A DNA stretch of 32,000 nucleotides from an uncultured Erysipelotrichaceae bacterium (GCA_964401865.1 CAYNZZ010000004.1:1-32000), one strand, 5' to 3'; numbered from the stretch's first letter, positions 20,359-26,363 are shown. Numbers and translations: made by a program. Notes: generated from the letters alone by a model not told the origin.

Positions 20359-20830
20359 TTACGAGCGCTTTAGTAAATAAATTTGCATTAGCAACCAATA
20401 TATAAGTCCCCCAGACATATAAGCCATTATGTCCAATGGATCACTTATTGAATATTTCACATAAATAGGAGCACAATATTCCCAAAACACACCACAAACA
20501 AAAAGAAATATTTCGATTTTCCATAGACTATAGTTAATCTTATATCTTTATTAAATAGCAACAAATTGCTGTAAGCTAAGATAACCATCCCACACAATAA
20601 ATCGTTTAAATAACATGTAATAAAATAATTAACCAATTCATGATTTGATCGTAATAATCCAAATTTATTAATTAAATAAATGATTAACGATAAAAACAAC
20701 AAACCGACATTAATTTTTTTATTTTACAAAAAGCCATAATTAAAGTCGCCACAATTATAGAACCCACTACTCCCCAAAATCCTAACCCTTTATTAGAATT
20801 TGTTTGTGAACTAGATGACTCCTAATTCGA
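20359..20830 (-). pseudogene. Fragmented polytopic membrane protein gene (family uncertain, possibly VanZ-like), broken into at least 3 frames
   Basis: Three hydrophobic minus-strand segments lie in different frames: ...GLGFWGVVGSIIVATLIMAFCKIKK (breaks at an A7 run, plus-strand T-run 20714-20720), then LFLSLIIYLINKFG...LNDLLCGMVILAYSNLLLF (track ORF 20457-20702), then WKIEIFLFVCGVFWEYCAPIYVKYSISDPLDIMAYMSGGLIYWLL...KRS* (stop at 20359-20361). A weak hairpin cgctc/gagcg plus TTTT follows on the minus strand. No convincing start codon. Confidence 0.4.
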
Positions 20831-20864
20831 TTGATTTCTTAGCACAATATCCTTAGCAGGGTTA

Positions 20865-21252
20865 TTATAAATTTTTAGGAATATCAATAATTTCTTTGTT
20901 ATTGCTACAATTTATTAAAGAAATTGTAGCGCCAGAATCCGTTAGTTTATTGCAAAAACTTATTGCTTCTATATATGTTAAATCATCAGCTACACAACTA
21001 GGTAATTGATCTACTATATTTTTTTTGCTTCAACTAATCCTAGCCCAGTTAATTCTCTAACGGTCTTAATTATTATCGCAGCATTGTTTTCTTTTATTGA
21101 TTTCAAAATAATTTTATACTTAATGTGTCCTTTTGTGTTAGATACAATGTTTTCGTTTTGCTTTTCGCAATTAATTGGATATCCGCAATGGATACATCGT
21201 TTAGCTTCATCACTAATTTATTCCCGCATTCAGGGCAATTAATTATTGCCAC
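20865..21252 (-). pseudogene. Zinc-ribbon protein with a ribosomal L7/L12 C-terminal-domain-like module, disrupted by two homopolymer frameshifts
   Basis: The minus strand reads V-AIINCPECGNK, then a frame break at plus-strand T3 run 21217-19 (a 4th T is needed). It continues ISDEAKRCIHCGYPINCEKQ...KYKIILKSIKENNAAIIIKTVRELTGLGLVEAKK, then a frame break at the 8-nt run 21019-21026 (7 would be in frame), then IVDQLPSCVADDLTYIEAISFCNKLTDSGATISLINCSNNKEIIDIPKNL*. The VRELTGLGLVEAKKIVD segment closely resembles the L7/L12 CTD (VREITGLGLKEAKDLVD in B. subtilis L12). The GTG start lies 1 nt after the upstream stop. Confidence 0.7.
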
Positions 21253-21253
21253 A

Positions 21254-21724
21254 TTATTGTTGTTCCTTACTAGCTTTATATAAAGAAACTAAAGCTGAAA
21301 TTTTAGTATTTTGGACAATAGTAGCTAATGCTTCCAATAACGCAGCGATAAAGTTAAAAGTATAATATTCAACAAATGAGAATCCTATCCATACGCAAAT
21401 GTTGAGCATAAAGGCTCCAAAGTTGAATTTCATACGATGATATCTTTCGTATAAACTTTCATATAAAACTGGTTGCATACTGTCTTTAAATGAGAATATG
21501 ATTCCAAATACCAGTAAGGCAATAAGTAACCCATAACCAAATTTCTCGATTCCCTTTGCCCACTTCATTAAATCTTTTGCGTGTTTATCTTCTTTAACGC
21601 ATTCTTGTAAAGAACTTGGGAAATTGTTTTCTTGTTTTTCAATTACGACTTCATTCACAATTTCTTTGCTTTCGTTTTCATCGATCTTCTCTTCATTTGA
21701 GTTTTGTTTGTTTTCATCTATCAT
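21254..21724 (-). CDS. Hypothetical membrane protein (acidic N-terminal tail, about 3-4 hydrophobic segments)
   Basis: 156-aa ORF with a strong RBS (AAAGGAGAAAAAG). Hydrophobic stretches FGYGLLIALLVFGIIFSF and FGAFMLNICVWIGFSFVEYYTFNFIAALLEALA. No recognisable family. Confidence 0.6.
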   Translation of the reverse strand: MIDENKQNSNEEKIDENESKEIVNEVVIEKQENNFPSSLQECVKEDKHAKDLMKWAKGIEKFGYGLLIALLVFGIIFSFKDSMQPVLYESLYERYHRMKFNFGAFMLNICVWIGFSFVEYYTFNFIAALLEALATIVQNTKISALVSLYKASKEQQ

Positions 21725-21771
21725 TTTTTTCTTTTTCTCCTTTCTTTTATCATCATTCTATATAAATACAC

Positions 21772-21794
21772 ATATTTTTGCATGATATTTTGCA
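21772..21794. promoter_or_regulatory. Tandem direct repeat in the divergent promoter region (candidate operator for the adjacent RHH protein)
   Basis: ATATTTTTGCA (21772-21782), then TG, then ATATTTTGCA (21785-21794). It lies between the minus-strand membrane-protein gene and the plus-strand RHH ORF. Confidence 0.4.
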
Positions 21795-21864
21795 CTTTTT
21801 TATAAGTGTATATAACAAAATGCCTTTCTTTTAAGATGAAAGTGTAAAGGAAGGAGAAATAATA

Positions 21865-22041
21865 ATGCCTTTTAAAGTAGAGAAAGAAGAATATGTCAAT
21901 AAGACATTTAGATTAGAAAAGAAGTTAGTTGATGAGTTGGAAAAGATCTGCAACAAGAAAAACATTTCACTTAACAAACTTGTAGTAAAATGTATAAAAT
22001 ATGCATTAAATGATATGGAAGATAAAGAGGACAACGAATAG
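21865..22041 (+). CDS. Small ribbon-helix-helix (Arc/CopG/MetJ-like) DNA-binding protein, 58 aa; absent from the supplied ORF track
   Basis: GGAAGGAG RBS lies 8 nt before ATG 21865. Sequence: MPFKVEKEEYVNKTFRLEKKLVDELEKICNKKNISLNKLVVKCIKYALNDMEDKEDNE*. It shows a beta-strand (KTFRL) then helix-helix pattern typical of RHH repressors and antitoxins. Track ORF 21831..22034 (-) is its antisense shadow. Confidence 0.65.
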   Translation: MPFKVEKEEYVNKTFRLEKKLVDELEKICNKKNISLNKLVVKCIKYALNDMEDKEDNE

Positions 22042-22048
22042 TCTTCTT

Positions 22049-22372
22049 TTATTTTTTTATATTCATTCGGTAATTATCGTATCGAAATTGTCTTACAAGA
22101 GATTCGATTATTGCTTGTTGATTGCTTTCTAAGTCTGTAATATCAACCAAATTTCCATTATCACTTTGATCGTTTGACGTTAAAAAATAAACTTCATGAA
22201 TGTTAAAAATATTACAAATATCCTTTAACACGGTAAATGAAGGATTCCTTATTCCCTTTTCATATGCCGAAATTACAGACTTACTTAAACCAAGCTCTTT
22301 TGCTAAATCTGTTTGCGTCATTTCAGCCTTTTCTCTTAGCTTTTTAATTTTTTTACCAAATTCAGTATTCAT
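22049..22372 (-). CDS. XRE-family helix-turn-helix transcriptional regulator
   Basis: N-terminal HTH_3 pattern KIKKLREKAEMTQTDLAKELGLSKSVISAYEKGIRNPS; 107 aa. Confidence 0.85.
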   Translation of the reverse strand: MNTEFGKKIKKLREKAEMTQTDLAKELGLSKSVISAYEKGIRNPSFTVLKDICNIFNIHEVYFLTSNDQSDNGNLVDITDLESNQQAIIESLVRQFRYDNYRMNIKK

Positions 22373-22420
22373 ATACAGTCCTAATTTCCACTTACAATAT
22401 ACTATACTCTTTTAAAAATA

Positions 22421-22437
22421 GTCAACATATAGTTGAT
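22421..22437. promoter_or_regulatory. Palindrome upstream of the XRE gene (candidate operator)
   Basis: GTCAAC-ATATA-GTTGAT, with 5/6 complementary arms, lies about 50 bp upstream of the XRE start codon. Confidence 0.3.
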
Positions 22438-23880
22438 AAGATGTAGACTCATGATATACTTTAAGTGGAAAGGAAGTCCACTCAATGTTGAAAGTTTGTA
22501 AACAAGATAAAACTAAAGTGATGCAATTGATTCAAGAATTAAAACTTGATGGTATTGCTATGAGTAGTTCTAACTTAATTGATGACATTATCCTTTCTAT
22601 GTCTAAACAAGGAATTCTAGATTGTTTAAAAGAAGGATTTCTAGATAAAAGAAACCACAACACTACAGTTCCATTTGACTTAATCCTTGTCTTAGCAATT
22701 GCTGCTAAGATGAAAATCCATACAAGCTTATCTGACATTCCTTATGCCATTACAGATCATAGAACTTTTGCTGAACTTGGATATAATATTTTAAATTCCA
22801 ATCCCGAAGAAGGATGGTTTAAAGAAGGTACTATCAGACATTTATTGACCAAATACTCTTCTTTAGATTTGTTTAATTATTATATTAATGTAGTTCAGAA
22901 TTATGTTTTTAAAAAGATAGATTTTAAACCTGATATTCATATATTAGATTGCACAAAAATAGCAGTTAATAAAGACAATGAAAATTACGAGAATGCCACG
23001 TGGGCAATTGATCGTAAAGGTGATAAGATGTTTGGTTACAAGTTGGCTTCTTTAAGAGGTTTATATGGTGATAGCGGCATAATTGAAGATGTAAGATTTG
23101 GAACAGCTTCGACCCACGATTTAGAATTAAGTAGAAATATTCTTTACAATAGCCCTTGTCTAAATGAAGGTGATTGCTTATTAATGGACAGAGGTTTCTT
23201 TTCAAGAGAAGTAATAGATTATTTAAAAAATGAACGCAAAGTTGATGTTTATATTCCCTTGAAAAAGAATACAGCAGAATATGACTTAGCAATTGAACTA
23301 GCAGAGGAAATTGATGATTGGAAATCGCATCCAACACGTAAAAATCAAATGATATGTCATGTGCCGAAAGTTGATTCTAGTTTCCAACTATTTCCACCAC
23401 CAAAGGCTAATGTTGAATTTAATACTTGTGCAATATGGACAGAAGAAACTCAATCTTATGTAGTGTTCGCTACAACAGATATGACAAAAACAGCAGATGA
23501 AATTGTTAGAATGTATGAACTCAGGTGGGAAATTGAAGAAGATTTTAGACAACTGAAAGATTTCTGGAAGCTAGAAGATTTTAAAAGTACAAAATATAAT
23601 GTAATTAGCTTTCATTTAGTATGTGTATTGTTTGGCTATTTATTCTATCAACTATATATAAATAGTGATGATGGTGAAAAGTATATTGGTAAGTCTTTAC
23701 CAGTTATGTTAAAGAATTATAGAAATGAATTTCTAGCATACTTAGCACTATATGTCGAAGACTATTTCTGTGTTATGAGTCTTAAGGAATTTATGGAATT
23801 TAGAGATAACTGTAATAGTGAGATTAGAAAATTTCTTTTAGGATTCTTGGGATAAAAATGCTTATGTTTTATATTATCAA
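22433..23880 (+). mobile_element. IS4-family insertion sequence (boundaries tentative)
   Basis: Contains an intact DDE transposase. The only candidate ends I could find are weak: TTGATAAGATGTAGAC (22433-22448) versus the reverse complement of 23865-23880 (TTGATAATATAAAACA), 10/16 identical. No target duplication was seen. Confidence 0.45.
22485..23855 (+). CDS. IS4-family DDE transposase
   Basis: 456 aa. Catalytic D in IHILDCTKI and D in LLMDRGF. The exact IS4 signature Y-x2-R-x3-E-x6-K is present in YELRWEIEEDFRQLK. Confidence 0.88.
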   Translation: MLKVCKQDKTKVMQLIQELKLDGIAMSSSNLIDDIILSMSKQGILDCLKEGFLDKRNHNTTVPFDLILVLAIAAKMKIHTSLSDIPYAITDHRTFAELGYNILNSNPEEGWFKEGTIRHLLTKYSSLDLFNYYINVVQNYVFKKIDFKPDIHILDCTKIAVNKDNENYENATWAIDRKGDKMFGYKLASLRGLYGDSGIIEDVRFGTASTHDLELSRNILYNSPCLNEGDCLLMDRGFFSREVIDYLKNERKVDVYIPLKKNTAEYDLAIELAEEIDDWKSHPTRKNQMICHVPKVDSSFQLFPPPKANVEFNTCAIWTEETQSYVVFATTDMTKTADEIVRMYELRWEIEEDFRQLKDFWKLEDFKSTKYNVISFHLVCVLFGYLFYQLYINSDDGEKYIGKSLPVMLKNYRNEFLAYLALYVEDYFCVMSLKEFMEFRDNCNSEIRKFLLGFLG

Positions 23881-23907
23881 TATTTTTGTTTTGTCAAAAC
23901 ATTTTTA

Positions 23908-23935
23908 TTGAATAATCTACAATTTATGTTATAAT
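23908..23935 (+). promoter_or_regulatory. Strong sigma-A-type promoter with extended -10
   Basis: TTGAAT (23908-23913), 16 nt spacer, then TGtTATAAT (23927-23935). The predicted TSS is around 23939-23942. Confidence 0.6.
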
Positions 23936-23938
23936 AAT

Positions 23939-24208
23939 GGTGTCGAAAGACATACTAATATTTTGTTGTATTTTAGCAAGATATTTTTGAGGTAGAAAGA
24001 TGGTTATTCGCACGAAGATTTATTCTTCGTGTCAAGTATAGGAAGTGATTCCGATGAGATGTGGGAACTATCGCCCCACCAAAAATGTTTTATCTATATT
24101 AATTTAAAAAAGAATATACTTAGCTAGCCAGTATGCTAATAAAATATAATTGGTTTGTCAATAAGCTCGCTAGCCCTTATGCGACTAATAAATGAAGGGT
24201 GCGAATAT
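23939..24208 (+). ncRNA. Candidate non-coding leader / antitoxin RNA of the downstream ToxN-like gene (class unknown)
   Basis: About 270 nt between promoter and terminator with no convincing ORF. Local hairpins: tgtc-GAAA-gaca (23941-23952), a perfect 8-bp cacgaaga/tcttcgtg (24011-24031), and gtggg/cccac (24061-24079). The 3' part holds imperfect 46-nt repeats. Confidence 0.4.
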
Positions 24209-24210
24209 AA
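24112..24210 (+). repeat. About 2.2 imperfect tandem repeats of roughly 46 nt (candidate type III antitoxin repeats)
   Basis: Unit 1 (from 24112): GAATATACTTAGCTAGCCAGTATGC--TAATAAAATATAATTGGTTTGTC. Unit 2 (from about 24160): AATA-AGCTCGCTAGCCCTTATGCGACTAATAAATGAAGGGTGC. Unit 3 is partial (24203): GAATATAAAGG. Shared blocks are AATA..CT.GCTAGCC..TATGC..TAATAAA. GCTAGCC recurs at 24123 and 24169 (period 46). Identity is only moderate. Confidence 0.4.
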
Positions 24211-24240
24211 AGGTAATCTTAATGATTACCTTTATTTTTT
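24209..24240 (+). terminator. Intrinsic terminator directly upstream of the ToxN-like ORF's Shine-Dalgarno
   Basis: 10-bp stem aaaggtaatc (24209-24218) / gattaccttt (24224-24233) with loop ttaat, then aTTTTTT. AGGAGGT (24241-24247) and ATG 24251 follow immediately. Confidence 0.75.
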
Positions 24241-24250
24241 AGGAGGTAAA

Positions 24251-24709
24251 ATGGAAATTGTAGAGTTAGGTCTTTATGTTTTAGAAGATGATTATTTAGA
24301 TAAATATTATATTAAGGATTTCCCACAAAACAAAAAAGATGGCGAAAGACCTTTTTTCGCTTGTTTCAAAGACAATAAAGATTCTAACATATATTGGTGC
24401 ATTCCTATTAGCTCACAAGTAGATAAATATATTCCTATCATAGATAAATATCCTAATGCTGGAGAGATAATCAATTTATATGGGAAAAAATATAGTGTTT
24501 TGTTAGCCCAAAATATAATACCAGTACATAAGAAATTTATTAAACGTATATTTACTGTGGATGGAATTCACTATAAAATATTGGATAAAAATACGAAAAA
24601 AAGAATTTTAAAAAAATGTCGTTACATGAGATCGTTATTCATGAATAATAAACATTTTTATTCAGAACAAATTATTAGTTTATATAACAAAATGCAAAGT
24701 ATTGAGTGA
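24251..24709 (+). CDS. ToxN/AbiQ-like protein (candidate type III toxin endoribonuclease / abortive infection protein)
   Basis: 152 aa from ATG 24251, which has a perfect SD. The N-terminal pattern LYVLEDDYLDKYY...ERPFFACFKDNKDSNIYWCIPISSQ parallels the ToxN/AbiQ pattern (FY..S.KY.EYL......[basic]..F.GIV.....Y.APLTSPK) as I recall it. Mid region LLAQNIIPVHKKFIKRI and basic C-terminal helices are similar in layout. The track start TTG 24155 would read through the terminator and is rejected. Confidence 0.5.
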   Translation: MEIVELGLYVLEDDYLDKYYIKDFPQNKKDGERPFFACFKDNKDSNIYWCIPISSQVDKYIPIIDKYPNAGEIINLYGKKYSVLLAQNIIPVHKKFIKRIFTVDGIHYKILDKNTKKRILKKCRYMRSLFMNNKHFYSEQIISLYNKMQSIE

Positions 24710-24741
24710 AACTACTCAAAATTAAATATGAGTAGTTTTTT
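24709..24741 (+). terminator. Rho-independent terminator after the ToxN-like gene
   Basis: Perfect 10-bp stem aaactactca (24709-24718) / tgagtagttt (24729-24738), followed by TTT. Confidence 0.75.
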
Positions 24742-24853
24742 AGTCAATTTGCAATATTTATATCTACTTTACGAATTGAAAATATATTTTTTAATTATAT
24801 ATTGAAAAAATATGTTTATGATTATACTTTATTAAAGTTATAAGAGGAAGACA

Positions 24854-26161
24854 ATGAAAAAACAAAGTTTATTTAAATACACATGGCCAATTTTTATTGA
24901 GTTAATATTACAGTTCTTGGTTGGTAATGTTGACCAGATAATGTGCAATCAAGTATCTGATAGTGCGGTTAGCGCTATCAGTAATGCTAACCAGATTACT
25001 TTTTTACTATTGATTACATTTACCATTATCTCTTTGGCAATTACAATTTTAGCTAGTCAATACTATGGATCTAAACAAATTGATAGAGTATCGAAAGTAT
25101 ATTCAATGGGTATTTTTATCAATGTAGTCTTCGCTGCTATTATTATGACAGGTATATTTGTATTCGCTAGAGATATTTTTGTCTTGATGAACGTACCAGA
25201 TATTTGTCTTGATGATTCAGTTAATTATTTATTGGTTATTAATATTGGCATGATTATTCAGGCTTTATATACAACTTATGTAGCTATTTTTAGAACTAAG
25301 GCTTGGATGAAACAGACAATGTATATTTCGATTATTATGAATGGTTTGAATATTGTCGGTAACTTTATATTGATACCCCATCTTTCTGTAGTTGGCGCTG
25401 CTACTAGCAGTGTTATTGCTAAATTCATCGGTTTATCGTTTTTGATTATTTATTTTAATAGAAATGCAACTGATACGCCGATTGATTTTAAAACACTTAA
25501 ACCATTTGATTTCAACCTATTCAAACAGATAATGTCTATTGGTTTGCCGGCAGGTGCTGAGAATATTTGTTATAGCGCCAGCCAACTTGTTATTTTGAAA
25601 TTTGTAAATAGTTTTGGAAATCTAATTATCAAGACTAGAAGTTTTGCGGCTATGTTTGCTAATCTTGCGCTTATGTTTGGTTCGGCGATATCACAAGCCG
25701 TACAGATAATTGTTGGTTACGAAATAGGAAAGAAGAATTATGATAACGCTAATAAGGAAGTAATAAGGACTGCGATATATTCAGCAATTATTGGTAGTGG
25801 CATCTCACTTGTTATTTTTATTTTCTCGGATCAATTTTATGGTCTATTTATCAGCGATGCTGAGGCTCTTAAAATTGCTCATCAAATTATGTTTATCGAA
25901 ATCTTCTTGGAAGCCGGCAGAGGTGTTAATATGACCATGGTCAGAAGCTTGCAGGCAGCTGGCGATACTTTTGCTCCAGCGATGATTGGCATGGTGTCAA
26001 TGTGGGGAGTTAGTGTATTGTTGAGTTATGTACTTGGAATTGTATTTGAAATGGGATTAATTGGTGTATGGATTGCCATGTGTTCTGACGAAGTGCTTAG
26101 AGCCTTTATCTTTATTTTCAAATGGAGTAGAGGTAAGTGGAAGAATTATCAGGTTGTTTAG
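24854..26161 (+). CDS. MATE family efflux transporter
   Basis: 435 aa and about 12 TM segments. MATE-type N-terminus (TWPIFIELILQFLVGNVDQIM...SAVSAISNANQI) and internal duplication pattern. Confidence 0.88.
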   Translation: MKKQSLFKYTWPIFIELILQFLVGNVDQIMCNQVSDSAVSAISNANQITFLLLITFTIISLAITILASQYYGSKQIDRVSKVYSMGIFINVVFAAIIMTGIFVFARDIFVLMNVPDICLDDSVNYLLVINIGMIIQALYTTYVAIFRTKAWMKQTMYISIIMNGLNIVGNFILIPHLSVVGAATSSVIAKFIGLSFLIIYFNRNATDTPIDFKTLKPFDFNLFKQIMSIGLPAGAENICYSASQLVILKFVNSFGNLIIKTRSFAAMFANLALMFGSAISQAVQIIVGYEIGKKNYDNANKEVIRTAIYSAIIGSGISLVIFIFSDQFYGLFISDAEALKIAHQIMFIEIFLEAGRGVNMTMVRSLQAAGDTFAPAMIGMVSMWGVSVLLSYVLGIVFEMGLIGVWIAMCSDEVLRAFIFIFKWSRGKWKNYQVV

Positions 26162-26171
26162 GCATATATTT

Positions 26172-26205
26172 ATAAGAAGAACTGTTAAGTTCTTCTTATG
26201 TTTTT
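26172..26205 (+). terminator. Rho-independent terminator after the MATE gene
   Basis: Perfect 12-bp stem ataagaagaact / agttcttcttat with loop gtta, then gTTTTT. Confidence 0.85.
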
Positions 26206-26274
26206 CCTTATTTTAGATATTCTTATAGTTGAGTATAAATAATATGAATACTTATTTAAAATAATTTACACTTT

Positions 26275-26301
26275 TTAGCAAACATCTCTTGACAGTGCTA
26301 A
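26275..26301. promoter_or_regulatory. CIRCE-like HrcA operator 1 (overlaps the -35 of the hrcA promoter)
   Basis: TTAGCAAAC-N9-CAGTGCTAA versus consensus TTAGCACTC-N9-GAGTGCTAA (3 mismatches). Confidence 0.7.
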
Positions 26302-26317
26302 GTATTTATTATATATT
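26289..26317 (+). promoter_or_regulatory. hrcA operon sigma-A promoter
   Basis: TTGACA (26289-26294), 17 nt spacer, TATATT (26312-26317). Confidence 0.7.
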
Positions 26318-26320
26318 GTA

Positions 26321-26347
26321 TTAGCAATGAGATATTTAGAGTGCTAA
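26321..26347. promoter_or_regulatory. CIRCE HrcA operator 2 (in the 5' UTR, abutting the hrcA RBS)
   Basis: TTAGCAATG-AGATATTTA-GAGTGCTAA. The right half is perfect and the left half has 2 mismatches. Confidence 0.85.
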
Positions 26348-26363
26348 AGGAGGTGGATGAAAC

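Noticed and set aside
21006-21242. 78-aa plus-strand ORF.
   Set aside because: It is the antisense shadow of the frameshifted zinc-ribbon/L12-like gene. It has no RBS and low-complexity hydrophobic content typical of AT-rich antisense frames.
21831-22034. 67-aa minus-strand ORF.
   Set aside because: It is antisense to the 58-aa RHH ORF, which has a much better RBS and a recognisable fold pattern. The minus-strand product is Ser/Phe/Leu-rich noise.
22200-23337. ORFs 22200..22415 (+), 22532..22738 (-) and 22966..23337 (-).
   Set aside because: They are antisense to the XRE gene or the IS4 transposase, with no independent support.
22433-23880. Search for target-site duplications flanking the IS4-like and ISL3-like elements.
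   Set aside because: I found no convincing direct repeats at the candidate ends (ISL3 flanks are ATAAAAAT versus TTTAAATT). No duplications are claimed, and the IS4 ends are flagged as tentative.
24000-24107. Two mini-ORFs with purine-rich upstream tracts in the ToxN-like leader (13 aa at 24000-24041; 17 aa at 24054-24107).
   Set aside because: They are too short and unconserved-looking to call as genes. RBS-like purine runs are common in this AT-rich DNA. They are mentioned under the leader finding but not reported as features.
24155-24250. Track-predicted 5' extension of the ToxN-like ORF (TTG start at 24155, giving 184 aa).
   Set aside because: The extension reads through the repeat region and a strong intrinsic terminator. 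It uses a TTG with no RBS, whereas ATG 24251 has a perfect AGGAGGT just upstream.
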